Shown: positions 10,026-20,437, numbered from the stretch's first letter. The stretch: DNA of 64,000 nt from Spirochaetia bacterium (GCA_965203055.1 OZ241863.1:800001-864000); one strand, 5' to 3'. The notes: a model not told the origin generated them from the letters alone. Translations and numbers: made by a program.

Positions 10026-11252
10026 TTGATGCGCGTCCAGGCGGTCGGCGGCGTCCTGCTTGCGCTTTTTCAACTTATCGGGCGCTCGCAGGCGGAGCGG
10101 TTCATCAGTGTTGGAGGAGCGGGATGGTACCTGGAGCTCAGGCTGTGGGTGTTGGTAGCGCTGTCGACTTGGTTGATCGGATTCGCGGCGGCAGGGATCA
10201 AGCGGTTCGACACGCGGGGCGCGGAAACGTTCGGCCGCATGTTCGTACTGTTCCTGGGATACATGGTGATAACCGGTCTTTGGGCGCCGGATCCGTTACG
10301 GGCGACGACAAAGGCATATGACCTGTTGTTCGTCGTCTGGTCATGCCTTCTGACGGTCGTTGCGCTGCGGACTAGCGGTGTGCAAGCGACGATCGACGGA
10401 TTCTGGGGAGGCATGTTTGTCGGCGCGTTGGCAATCGCCGCGTTAGGCGCGGCGGCGGCTATCGTTGGCGCAATATCCGACGGGCGGCTGTCAGTGTTGT
10501 CGGGAGGCCCCAACGTTTTCGGGCGGAACATGGGCTTGCTGGCGTTGGCATCGCTCCACCTGGTATTCGACGCACGTCACGCGCGGAGGAGGGTCGGCAT
10601 GACAGCGGCTCCTGTGGCCGCGTTGCTCGTTCTGCTGTCTGGTTCGCGCGGGGCGATGCTGGCTCTGTTTTTCGGCGTGATCGTCTACCTGATCGTCCAT
10701 CGTGTGGACCGGCGGGTCCTTGCGTCGCTTGCGGCCGTTGCCCTACTGGGAGCGGTCGCCGTGGCCACCCAATTCGGCGAACTCGCGATAGCGGTGTTTA
10801 CAAACCGGTTTCTTGTCGGGCTCTTCGTCGAGCGCTATTTTACGTTCCGCGATGTTCTGTTCTTGGAAGCGATTCGGGCGGGTCTGCAGAACCCGATCAG
10901 AGGGCTCGGGCTGGCAGGTTTCGCGGAGGTAGGGACCCGTGGGGACTATCCGCATAACATGTTCTTGGAGGCATTCTCGGAGGGAGGACTGCCGGGATTG
11001 ATACTGATTTGTCTACCATTCATGAAGTATGTGCGGCGCTGGCGGCGAGGGATGGGGCCGGGTGACCCGCTTACGGTAGCCGGATTGGGATTGCTCGTCG
11101 TGTCGAGCAGCATATCAGGAGACCTCTTCGACGCGCGGGGAGTGTTCCTGCTGTTGTTGATGGCGGTCGCCAGCCAGGGGGCCGAGGGCGCAGCACGAAA
11201 TAGTAGTGTCGCATCGCCGGAGCACCACGAAAATGAGCTCCCGCACCGCTAA
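10026..11252 (+). CDS. O-antigen ligase/Wzy polymerase-like membrane protein
   Basis: Many TM segments with LSGSRG, GLG and YPHNMFLE..EGG..G motifs. Start uncertain. Confidence 0.8.
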   Translation: MMRVQAVGGVLLALFQLIGRSQAERFISVGGAGWYLELRLWVLVALSTWLIGFAAAGIKRFDTRGAETFGRMFVLFLGYMVITGLWAPDPLRATTKAYDLLFVVWSCLLTVVALRTSGVQATIDGFWGGMFVGALAIAALGAAAAIVGAISDGRLSVLSGGPNVFGRNMGLLALASLHLVFDARHARRRVGMTAAPVAALLVLLSGSRGAMLALFFGVIVYLIVHRVDRRVLASLAAVALLGAVAVATQFGELAIAVFTNRFLVGLFVERYFTFRDVLFLEAIRAGLQNPIRGLGLAGFAEVGTRGDYPHNMFLEAFSEGGLPGLILICLPFMKYVRRWRRGMGPGDPLTVAGLGLLVVSSSISGDLFDARGVFLLLLMAVASQGAEGAARNSSVASPEHHENELPHR

Positions 11253-12321
11253 GCGGCTCCGGGCTTTGCTCATCGGAGCCTTGCCACCGCAGGTGCCCAG
11301 CGCCGCAAATCCGATAGGTGGGGCGGCGGTGAACTTTGGGGATATGGTAGCGCAGTTGAAGCTCCGTTCGATGGACGTAAACGTGATTGACATATCTCGT
11401 CCCCGGGTGAATGTCGGCGTGCGTCAGCTCTGGCACAACTTCGCGACGGTCGCCAAGTTGATGTGGCAGGTGTCGACTCGTATCCGTCACCGCGACGTCG
11501 TGATCATGCATATCTCGGCAAAGAGCGCGTGGTGGCTGGGATCGGGATTATGGCTGATATGCGCGGCGTTCCGCCGGCCGGTCGTATTGAAGTTCATCGG
11601 CGGTGACTTCGCGAAGATATACGACGGGTATTCCGTGGCCAAGCGGCGTTGGGCGAACGCGACGTACATGCGATGCGCACTGATTCTCGTGCAGACCAAG
11701 GCCATCAAGAAGCGATTTCAGAATCGGCAAGCCGTCCGCTGGTTTCCGAATACCCGAGACACCCGGGGATCAGGAGCGGCCCCGAGAAGCGCCGCGCGGC
11801 GCCTTATCTTCGTTTCTCAGTTGCGGATGGAGAAGGGGCTTCGTGAGGCGGTGGAAGCCTGCCGGGACCTTCCGAGTGGTTGCTGTCTGAACGTATACGG
11901 GCCGACGATGGCGAACACCGATCTCAGCGTATTCGACGGGCAGGACAAAGCGGTGTATCGCGGGGTCCTGCGCCGCGGCGAGGTGGCCGACGCGCTGGAA
12001 CGCCACGACGTCCTGGTCTTGCCGACGTACTGGGAGGTGGAGGGGCATCCCGGCATCGTCCTGGAGGCGCTGCAGTGTGGGCGCCCGGTCATATCGACAT
12101 ACTGGGGCAGCGTGCCGGAGGTCGTGGAGGACGGCAAGAGCGGCCTGCTGGTAGAGCCGCGATCGACGGCCGCGGTTCGGGAGGCGATACGGCGCGTGAT
12201 CGGCGACCCGCAGCTCTACCACGCATTGTGTACCGGAGCGCGGCAACGCGGCGAGTTCTTCCGAAGCGCAACCTGGTACGACAAACTCGCCACCGACCTA
12301 ACCCAAATCACAACCCGCTAA
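11233..12321 (+). CDS. Glycosyltransferase family 4
   Basis: Motifs EKGL and LPTYWEVEGHPGIVLEALQCGRPVI. Confidence 0.88.
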   Translation: MSSRTAKRLRALLIGALPPQVPSAANPIGGAAVNFGDMVAQLKLRSMDVNVIDISRPRVNVGVRQLWHNFATVAKLMWQVSTRIRHRDVVIMHISAKSAWWLGSGLWLICAAFRRPVVLKFIGGDFAKIYDGYSVAKRRWANATYMRCALILVQTKAIKKRFQNRQAVRWFPNTRDTRGSGAAPRSAARRLIFVSQLRMEKGLREAVEACRDLPSGCCLNVYGPTMANTDLSVFDGQDKAVYRGVLRRGEVADALERHDVLVLPTYWEVEGHPGIVLEALQCGRPVISTYWGSVPEVVEDGKSGLLVEPRSTAAVREAIRRVIGDPQLYHALCTGARQRGEFFRSATWYDKLATDLTQITTR

Positions 12322-12891
12322 CCCTAAGCTAACGCGCGTAGCATAGCGATACGGTTGTTCAGCAGGTAGTGAAGGAACGGCACGCCGATCCACACTACTG
12401 GTTCCCGCAGGGTGTAGAACGTAGGCGACGGCGGCCAAACGGTCATCGCCTCGCTGTAGACCACCTCAATCGCCTTGGAACAGACGTACCCACAGTGGTG
12501 GCCGATATGCCCATGGGTTATCCGCGCCTCGGCCACCATACCGCGGCGTGCGCGACCGGGCAAGGCTCAAGGCCGATCGCCGGTCAGTCAGGTCGATGGT
12601 GCGCCATTGCCCCTTCAGGTTGCGGCGGCCGTGCGGGCGCAGCGAGGCGAGACGGCGGCCGAGAGGATCGTGCGTGGTAGTCCCGCTTCATCCGACAGCA
12701 CGGCGCCATGGTCTGCCGGTGATCGGCAGTGACGCGGCGCGCGTTGGCGAAGGCCGCCGCCGAAACAGGGCGGTCAGCTCTGCTCGGCAGTCGGCGCGGT
12801 GGTGTGGCACCAGGCCGATGATCAGCCGCAGCACCTGTCGACCGAGCGCACTCGTTTCTTTTCGGCGCGCATTGGCGTCCTTTCCGCTCCG

Positions 12892-14151
12892 CTATTTGTA
12901 GTCATCGACGACCGCCGTCGCGGATTTTTCCAGCTCCGGGAACAGAGTTTCCTCCGAGATGTTCAAGGAATACAGTTCTTTCCGGATACGGCATTTGTTT
13001 TCCACCTCCAATCGGTAGTAGTTGTAGGGTACGTCGTGACGGTCCATTCTGTACCGGCCGCACTGTTCCTTGGGTTTGAAATCGAACGTCCCGTGATGCG
13101 CCGAAACGAGGAAGGCTCCTGACTGCGCTCTGAGGCGAGGAAACAGCCGGCGCGGCTGCACGATGAAGATGCGGAACAGGTCTCTCGGATCGATCAGACC
13201 CTCGACGAAGTATGGCTTTTCCTGCCTGATGAAGGTATGGAGACGGCCCATCTTCCGGCGCAGGGAATCCATACGACAGCGCCAGGCGTAGACACCGACT
13301 TCTCCTCTGACATCGCGCCTGCGCATGATACGGTAGCCGTGAGAAGAATGGACGAAGGCGCGTCGTTCGTCCAGAAACTGCGCCGTTTCTGTCAGAATCT
13401 CCTCTTGTTCGTTTCTACCGAGTCGAGCGAAGTTGGCGACGATGCTCACGGCGTCGCTGTCGTAGGGTTTGACGCGATCCCGCGTCGTCGCGAACACGTA
13501 GAGGCAACCGTGCTTCGAATCGTGCTTCGAATCGTTACAAGCGAAGAACAAGCCTACCAGGGGATTCGCGGAGATGTCGAGGAACCTCGTGGGAAGGCCA
13601 TGATGTTGCGCAATCACCCACTGGTCGAGAGCTGATACGAACCTGGAAAACTCATCAGGCTGCCTCGTTATCAAGTCGCGCAGCATCGCTCCTTCGTACT
13701 TGCAGTGATTCTCATTCCGCATGACGGACGGCGCAAGCTTATGGCCGAACCTATTATAGTAGTGTTTGCTCTGACCGCGATAGTACAACAGAGGGCGATA
13801 GTCCCGTAGTAGCAGCTCCTCGTCTTCTTCTTCTTCTTCTTCTTCTTCTTCTTCCTCCTCCTCCTCAAACTCCCGTTTCTTGGCCTCCGCTTCCGCCCGT
13901 CTTTCCGCTTCCGCCTGCCTCTCGGCTTCCGCCTGTCTCTCGGCTTCCGCCCGCCTCGGCTTCCGCCTGTCTCTCGGCTTCCGCCCGCCTCTCGGCTTCC
14001 GCCGTCTCTCGGCTTCCGCCCGTTTCTCGGTCTCCCGTTTCTCGGTCTCCCGTTTCTCAAACTCCTCGATCTTTTGGATGTTCGACAACAACGCAGATAC
14101 GCAATCGATGGGCTGCAGACACGGCCACCCGGGGTCGCATGACATTCTCAA
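12892..14151 (-). CDS. FRG-domain protein with low-complexity charged insertion
   Basis: Motifs YYRGQ, L.PS..R, AQHHGLPTRFLDIS.NPLVGLFFAC, RLRAQSGAF and TLFPEL. Confidence 0.9.
   Translation of the reverse strand: MRMSCDPGWPCLQPIDCVSALLSNIQKIEEFEKRETEKRETEKRAEAERRRKPRGGRKPRDRRKPRRAEAERQAEAERQAEAERRAEAEAKKREFEEEEEEEEEEEEEEDEELLLRDYRPLLYYRGQSKHYYNRFGHKLAPSVMRNENHCKYEGAMLRDLITRQPDEFSRFVSALDQWVIAQHHGLPTRFLDISANPLVGLFFACNDSKHDSKHGCLYVFATTRDRVKPYDSDAVSIVANFARLGRNEQEEILTETAQFLDERRAFVHSSHGYRIMRRRDVRGEVGVYAWRCRMDSLRRKMGRLHTFIRQEKPYFVEGLIDPRDLFRIFIVQPRRLFPRLRAQSGAFLVSAHHGTFDFKPKEQCGRYRMDRHDVPYNYYRLEVENKCRIRKELYSLNISEETLFPELEKSATAVVDDYK
13825..14058 (-). repeat. Coding tandem repeats: (GAG)4(GAA)10 poly-Glu, ~18-nt GCGGAAGCCGAGAGRCRG units and 15-nt EKRET units
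   Basis: Directly visible in the sequence. Confidence 0.9.
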
Positions 14152-14598
14152 TCCCTCCAGCAGACTTCAATGCGTGGTCGCACTACGCCGTTGACGGCCG
14201 TCAACATCTCGCCGTCCTTCTGGCCGACCACATCGAGGGCGATTCAAGCGTGTGACATTCGGCGGCGGTAGTGGCTCTCTGCCACGACCGCGGGTACTCC
14301 GGCTCTTCATGTCTGCCTCCCTGCCCTCTTGCGGGGCACCAAAACCGGCCGGGGCGTTGGCGGGCTATTCTTGGGCGATGCGGGGTAGCGTGAGCTACGC
14401 CGCCTTCGGGGTTACGGAGGGGTGATCGTGACCGTACTCCGGGGCGGCCCTCTTGATGGATCACTTGACCCTCACCCGCTCGGTGACGTTCGTTCGACGT
14501 TCGCAGTGGATTCTCATCTTGATTGTCGCTGAACAGCCTCGAGTTCGGACGGCCAAACGCGCTTCGGCCGCCTCCGCGCGAGCCTCCGCCTCACGGCG

Positions 14599-14750
14599 TG
14601 CTGACGCCGCTCGGAAAGTGAGCCGTTTGCCGGTCGGTTTTTGACCCACCCGGCAGTACGGAAGGAATGTAGCAGAGGCGGCGGAGAATGGGGAGGGGGT
14701 CTGGGGGAGGGATGGATTTGCTTGTGGATAAGTGGATAACCCGCATTCGA
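14599..14750. mobile_element. Probable orphan IS21-family end
   Basis: Starts TG-CTGACGCCGCTCGGAAAGTGAGCC, followed by a second sub-repeat CCGGTCGGTTTTTGACCCACCC, the tandem sub-terminal pattern of IS21 ends. No transposase is present. It abuts the truncated rpnC. Confidence 0.5.
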
Positions 14751-14751
14751 T

Positions 14752-15226
14752 CCGCTGCTGCTGGACCAGACCCGGATGGCGCCGGCGGCGGTGGCCGGGG
14801 AGCTGCACGGGCGGGTTGCTGCAACTGGCGATGATGCACACCTTCGAGCAGGAGCTGGGGGAGGCGCGGAAGCGGATCGCGCCGCTGCTGGGGGAGTTGC
14901 AGGGGAAGCCGACGCACAGCGGGGTGGATTACTACCAAGCGTTTATGGAGTACATTGTGAAGACCGGACCGGCGGACACGCTACAAGCGCTGGGTGAGCT
15001 GCTGCGGCGCCTGGCGCCGGAACTGAGAGGTGATTTGATGACCTGTGGCGAGATACTGCGCCGGGAAGGCGAGTTGAAGGGCCGCCTGGAGACTATCGAA
15101 GGGTTCCCGCAGGCCGGGATCGGGTGGCCGGTGATTCAATCCGCCACCGGCATCGACGAGCCCACCTACCGCACCCTCAAACGCGACGCCGCCAACGGCA
15201 CGGAGCAGACCGCGCCCCGCCAGTAG
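14752..15226 (+). pseudogene. 3' half of Rpn type C; intact internal RpnS-like ORF at 15038-15226 (62 aa)
   Basis: Matches the 3' part of 24831-25790. SD GAGGTGA precedes ATG 15038 (MTCGEILRREGELKG...). Confidence 0.85.
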
Positions 15227-15394
15227 TCCCTGCTGCCGGGCCGGCGGCGCGTCCACCACGGCGAACGCGCCGCGCCGCCAAATGCAAAGCGCGGCCGACG
15301 CCGCGCCGTTGTAGGGGTCAGAGAATGGCACCGCCGCTGCACTAGCCGGCTCCCCGGCCGCGGCCGGCACGGCGCCGCCATCGACGGAGACTCC

Positions 15395-16432
15395 ATGAAC
15401 GACGAATCGTACAAGCGCCTGCTCTACCACCGGCGCACCGTCAAGGACCTGCTCCTCGGCTTCATCGCCCGCCTGCGCCCGGCCGGTTGGGCTGACTCGC
15501 TCATCTTCGACTCGCTGCGCGAAGGTCCGGCCGAGTACGTCACCGACCACCTTCGCCGGCGGCTCAGCGACGTCGTCTGGTCGATCGACCGCAGCGCCGC
15601 CGACGGCAACGTGCGGACCATCCAGGTGCTGATCGAGCATCAGTCGTCGGTGGACCACTCGATGCCGCTGCGGTTCCTGAACTACGGCAGCCTGATGTAC
15701 CAGCGGAAGTACCGGGACCGCCGGTGGCGCAAGGGCGACACCGGCGACCAGGTGCTGCACGTGGTGTTGTACAACGGCGCGACCCGCTGGGACGCGCCGC
15801 AGTCGCTGGCGGAGCTGGTGCAGGCGAGTGCGGAACACGACGGCCCCGCGCATCTCGCGCTGAGCTATGACGTGGTTGATCTGGTAGCGCTGGCAGCGGA
15901 AGACCTGCCGCGCCCGAACCTGATAACCTGGATGGCGGAAGTGGAGCGCAGCCGGCGCGCCGGGGAGCTGGCGGAGCGGGTGCGGGAGTTGGGACAGTGG
16001 CTCGCGGCGGAGGACGAGCCGGAACTGACGAAGAGTTTCGACCTGTGGCTGGGAGCCTTGGGTGAAAAGTGGGGCGTGGAGTTGCCGTCGATTCGCGACT
16101 ACGAGGAGGCAAGCGCAATGCTGTTAGAAAAGATCAATCGCTGGGAAGCTGATCTCCGCCAAGAAGGCCGGCAGCTGGGCCAACAGGAAGGCGAGTTGAA
16201 AGGCCGCCAGGAAGGCCGGCTGGAGGGCCAACAGGAAGGCGAGTTGAAGGGCCGCCAGGAAGGCCGGCTGGAGGGCCAACAGGAAGGCGAGTTGAAGGGC
16301 CGGCTGGAGACCATCGACGGGTTCCTGCGGGCCGGGATCGGGTGGCCGGTGATCCACTCCGCCACCGGCATCGACGAGCCCACCTACCGCGCCTTCAAAC
16401 GCGACTCCGCCAACGGCATGGAGCCCCGCTAA
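15395..16432 (+). CDS. Rpn/YhgA-like PD-(D/E)XK nuclease, type A copy 1; internal RpnS-like ORF 16118-16432
   Basis: D..YKRL, SDVVW, IEHQSSVDHSMPLRFLNY, VLYNG...W.AP and (QEG)n repeats. GAGGAGG-N8-ATG at 16118. Confidence 0.9.
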   Translation: MNDESYKRLLYHRRTVKDLLLGFIARLRPAGWADSLIFDSLREGPAEYVTDHLRRRLSDVVWSIDRSAADGNVRTIQVLIEHQSSVDHSMPLRFLNYGSLMYQRKYRDRRWRKGDTGDQVLHVVLYNGATRWDAPQSLAELVQASAEHDGPAHLALSYDVVDLVALAAEDLPRPNLITWMAEVERSRRAGELAERVRELGQWLAAEDEPELTKSFDLWLGALGEKWGVELPSIRDYEEASAMLLEKINRWEADLRQEGRQLGQQEGELKGRQEGRLEGQQEGELKGRQEGRLEGQQEGELKGRLETIDGFLRAGIGWPVIHSATGIDEPTYRAFKRDSANGMEPR

Positions 16433-16564
16433 TCCCGCCCGGCCGGTCCGGGCACCTCCACCACGGCGAGTGCGGCGCGCTGCCGAACAAGCGCCGCTAC
16501 CGGCGTGCGCCAGATCTGGCACAATTTCGCGACGGTGCTTGGCGCCGGACTGAGAGGTGATCTG

Positions 16565-16774
16565 ATGACCTGTGGCGAGATACTGCGCCGGGAAGGCGAG
16601 TTGAAGGGCCGCCGGGAAGGCGATTTGAGGGGCCGGCTGGAGACCATCTAAGGGTTCCTGCAGGCCGGGATCAAGTGGCCGGTGATTCAATCCGCCACCG
16701 GCATCGACGAGCCCACCTACCGCACCCTCAAACGCGACGCCGCCAACGGCACGGAGCAGACCGCGCTGCGTTAA
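16565..16774 (+). pseudogene. Orphan RpnS-like cassette (type C) with nonsense codon at 16649
   Basis: Own SD GAGAGGTGAT and ATG; GAA>TAA after 28 codons. Confidence 0.8.
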
Positions 16775-16956
16775 CCGCCGCCGGGAGGCGTCTACCGTGA
16801 GCGCGGCCGCGCCGTAGCGAGAGCTGGGAGGCGTCTCGCAACCCTGATTCGCGCGCCGGCACATGGGCAGGGCACGTCCACGACCGCGAGCACGGCGTCG
16901 CCAAAAGCACCGCAGACGCCGCGCCGTTGTAGGGGCAGAGGAGAGAATGACACCGA

Positions 16957-17594
16957 ATGTCACCGCCCCTGCATCAGCCCCACGATCACCTGTTCCGCCT
17001 GGTGTTCGCCGACCCCGAGGAGACCGCCGCCTTCCTCCGCGCCCGGCTGCCGGACTCGTACCAGCGCGGCATCCTCTGGCCCTCCCTGCGCCGCGCCGCA
17101 GGCTCGTTCATCGACCAGGAGCTGCGCGGCTCCGTCTCCGACCTGCTGTTCGAGGTGCGCAGCGCGGCCGCGGCGCCGCGGCAGTGGCTCTAACCTGCTG
17201 TTCGAACATCAGTCCCAGCCCGACCGCTGGATGGCGCTGCTACTGCTGCCGCATCTGGGAGGCCGACCGCCGCGACTACCCCGACGAGCAGTACCTGCGC
17301 CCGGTGCTGCCGCGGTGTTCTACCAGGGCGAGCACCACTGGCACTACGCCATCGAACTGGCGGAGTCGTTCCCGCCGGCGCTGCGCGGATAGCCGTTGGG
17401 GTGCCGCGGTTCTGCCCGCTGCTGCTGGACCAGACCCGGATGGCGCCGGCGGCGGTGGCCGGGGAACTGCACGGGCGGTTGCTGCAACTGGCGATGATGC
17501 GCACCTTCGAGCAGGAGCTGGGGTGAGGCGCGGAAGCGGATCGCGCCGCTGCTGTGGGAGTTGAAGGGGAAGCCGACGCACGGCGGGGGTGGAT
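16957..17594 (+). pseudogene. Rpn type C, frameshifted and 3'-truncated
   Basis: MSPPLHQPHDHLFR..., SDLLF, EHQS. TAC>TAAC insertion at ~17191 and further lesions. Confidence 0.85.
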
Positions 17595-17834
17595 GAGGTG
17601 GTCCCGGTTGGTTAGACGTCCGAGGGGGTAGCCCTGATGGCAGCTCAAGGGCAATCGTTTCGTTGATCGTCGTTGATCTACCCTTCTTGTCGCTCGTGGC
17701 TCGTTCTGCCAAAATGGGAGGCGTAACGGGTGGGGATGCGGAGTATTGCCGTTAACTTGTTATCTTCAATAGAAGTACGCCGATGCTTGGCAGATGTGCC
17801 GCGCCCCGTGGGCAGCCGGGAACTAGTCTGAAGC

Positions 17835-18896
17835 ATGGCGAACGACGACTTGGCGCAGCCGCACGACAATCTGTTCCGCGCCGTGTTCGGCGAACCCGCC
17901 GAAGCGGTCGGGTTGCTGCGCGCCCATCTGCCGCCGGCCGTCGCCAACGGCTTGCAGTGGTCCACGCTGTCCGCCGAGAACAGCGCCTTCATCGCCCCCG
18001 ACCTGCGAGCCACCGAGTCCGATCTGCTGTACTCAATCCGGCGCCGCGCCGGCGGCGCGCCGGCCTGGCTGTACGTACTGCTGGAGCATCAGTCGACGGT
18101 GCGGAACCGTGACCGCTGGATGCGCCTGCGGCTGCTGCAGTACTGCTGCCGGATCTGGGAACGCGACCGGAGGCGCTATCCTGCGGAGACGGAGTTGCGC
18201 CCGATCGTGCCGATGGTGTTCTATCTGGGAAGCGGACGCTGGCGCTACGCGACGGAGTTCACGGAGTTGTTTCCGGGTGAGGTGCGGGAATGGCGGTGGC
18301 TGCCGCGGTTCGAGCACGTGCTGATCGACCATTCGGAGACGGAGCCGGAGGGGGTACGGGGCACGTTGAAAGGGCGGCTGGCGCAGCTGATGATGCTGGC
18401 GGTATACCGCGCTGCGGTGGCATGGCCGGCGCTGGAGCGAGCGTTGCCGCTGCTGGCGGAACTGGCGCGGCGCGGGGGACGGGAGCAGAGCATGTTCGTA
18501 TGGTACGTGCTGGCGACCCAAAGGGAACCGATGCGCGGGCGCTTTGCCAAGGAGCTGCAGCGGCAGATACCGGGACCGGAGGGAGACATCATGAATTACG
18601 TGGAGGAGATCAAGCAACAAGGCCGGCAGGAGGGCCGCCTGGAAGGCCGGCAAGAAGGCCGGCAAGAGGGTGAGATCAAGGGCCGGCAGGAGGGTGAGAT
18701 CAAGGGCCGGCAGGAGGGTGAGATCAAGGGCCGGCAGGAGGGTGAGATTAAGGGCCGGCTGGAGACCATCGAAGAGTTCCTGCGGGCGGGAATCGGGTGG
18801 CCGATGATCCGGTCCGCCACTGGCATCGACGAGCAGACCTACCGCGCCCTCAAACGCGACTCGGCCAACGGCACGGAGCGGGCCGCGCCTCCCTAA
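17835..18896 (+). CDS. Rpn/YhgA-like nuclease, type B copy 1; internal RpnS-like ORF 18591-18896
   Basis: PHDNLFR, ESDLLYS, YVLLEHQST, M.LRLLQY, P+VFY.G and GRQEGEIK repeats. GGAGGGAG-N5-ATG at 18591. Confidence 0.92.
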   Translation: MANDDLAQPHDNLFRAVFGEPAEAVGLLRAHLPPAVANGLQWSTLSAENSAFIAPDLRATESDLLYSIRRRAGGAPAWLYVLLEHQSTVRNRDRWMRLRLLQYCCRIWERDRRRYPAETELRPIVPMVFYLGSGRWRYATEFTELFPGEVREWRWLPRFEHVLIDHSETEPEGVRGTLKGRLAQLMMLAVYRAAVAWPALERALPLLAELARRGGREQSMFVWYVLATQREPMRGRFAKELQRQIPGPEGDIMNYVEEIKQQGRQEGRLEGRQEGRQEGEIKGRQEGEIKGRQEGEIKGRQEGEIKGRLETIEEFLRAGIGWPMIRSATGIDEQTYRALKRDSANGTERAAPP

Positions 18897-19033
18897 CCTC
18901 CTGCCATCCGGATGCGCGTAGTTGGCGCGGAGGACGTTGGCGCTGCGAGCAGGTGCTGGGAGCATGCAACTAGTTTTGTGACGACAATCGAATCACTTCG
19001 AAGCAGGGTGGCGCATGTCGCGTAGTTGGGCAT

Positions 19034-19132
19034 GAGCTGAAGAGCCGGCTGGAAACCATCGACGAGCCCACCTACCGCACCCTCAAACGCGACGCCGCCA
19101 ACGGCAAGGAGCAGACCGCGCCCCGCCAATAG
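19034..19132 (+). pseudogene. RpnS tail fragment with internal 57-bp deletion
   Basis: Relative to 24490-24642, the segment between two CATCGACG repeats is missing. Confidence 0.8.
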
Positions 19133-19459
19133 TCCCTCCCACCGGGCCGGACGCGCGTCGACCACGGCGAGCGCGCCACGCCGCCAATGCAAGCGCGGCC
19201 GACCCCGCGCCGTTGTAGGGGGCAGAGATGGCACTGTCCCTGCACCAATCGCCCCCGGCACGGAGCAGACGGCGCGCCTCGTCAATGGTCCCGCCGGGCC
19301 AGGCGCGTCCACCACGGCCAGCACGCCGCGTCGCCATGCAAAGCGCCGCCGACGCCGCGCCGTTGTAGCAGTCAGAGAATGGCACCGCCGCTGCTTCAGC
19401 ACACGGTCACCTGTTCCGCCGGCCACGGCCGGCACGGCGCCGCCATCGACGGAGACTCC

Positions 19460-20437
19460 ATGAACGACGAATCGTACAAGCGCCTGCTCGACCACCGGCG
19501 CACCATCAAGGACCTGATCCTCGGCTTCATCGCCCGCCTGCGCCCGCCCGGCTGGGCTGACTCGCTCATCTTCGACTCGCTGCGCGAAGGTCCGACCGAG
19601 AACGTCACCGACCACCTTCGCCGGCGCCTCAGCGACGTCGTCTGGACGATCGACCGGCGCGCCGCCGACGGCAACGTGCGGACCATCCAGGTGCTGATCG
19701 AGCATCAGTCCTCGGTGGACCACTCGATGCCGCTGCGGTTCCTGAACTACGGCAGCCTGATGTACCAGCGGAAGTACCGCGACCGCCGGTGGCGCAAGGG
19801 CGACACCGCGGACCAGGTGCTGCACGTGGTGTTGTACAACGGCGCGACCCGCTGGGACGCGCCGCAGTCGCTGGCGGAGCTGGTGCAGGCGAGTGCGGAA
19901 CACGACGGCCCCGCGCATCTCGCGCTGAGCTATGACGTGGTTGATCTGGTAGCGCTGGCAGCGGAAGACCTGCCGCGCCCGAACCTGATAACGTGGATGG
20001 CGGAAGTGGAGCGCAGCCGGCGCGCCGGGGAGCTGGCGGAGCGGGTGCGGGAGCTGGGACAATGGCTCGCGGCGGAGGACGAGCCGGAGCTGACGAAGAG
20101 TTTCGACCTGTGGCTGGGAGCCTTGGGTGAAAAGTGGGGCGTGGAGTTACCGTCGATTCGCGACTACAAGGAGACAAGCGCAATGATATTAGAAAAGATC
20201 GATCGCTGGGAAGCTGAGCTCCGCCAAGAGGGCCGGCAGGAAGGCCGGCTGGAGGGCCAACAGGAAGGCGAGTTGAAGGGCCGCCAGGAAGGCGAGTTGA
20301 AAGGCCGGCTGGAGACCATCGACGGGCTCCTGCGGGCCGGGATCGGGTGGCCGGTGATCCACTCCGCCACCGGCATCGACGAGCCCACCTACCGCGCCTT
20401 CAAACGCGACTCCGCCAACGGCATGGAGCCCCGCTAA
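19460..20437 (+). CDS. Rpn type A copy 2 (325 aa); internal RpnS-like ORF 20183-20437
   Basis: Near-identical to 15395-16432 but 60 bp shorter in the repeat tract. AAGGAG precedes ATG 20183. Confidence 0.9.
   Translation: MNDESYKRLLDHRRTIKDLILGFIARLRPPGWADSLIFDSLREGPTENVTDHLRRRLSDVVWTIDRRAADGNVRTIQVLIEHQSSVDHSMPLRFLNYGSLMYQRKYRDRRWRKGDTADQVLHVVLYNGATRWDAPQSLAELVQASAEHDGPAHLALSYDVVDLVALAAEDLPRPNLITWMAEVERSRRAGELAERVRELGQWLAAEDEPELTKSFDLWLGALGEKWGVELPSIRDYKETSAMILEKIDRWEAELRQEGRQEGRLEGQQEGELKGRQEGELKGRLETIDGLLRAGIGWPVIHSATGIDEPTYRAFKRDSANGMEPR

Noticed and set aside
12322..12891. Possible gene or IS4-like fragment (PVSAAAFANARR on the minus strand) between the GT and FRG genes
   Set aside because: Too short to support, and no other recognisable motifs.
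14723..14739. Replication origin suggested by DnaA boxes
   Set aside because: Only two overlapping boxes, no AT-rich unwinding element and no dnaA/rep gene. They lie within a probable IS end.
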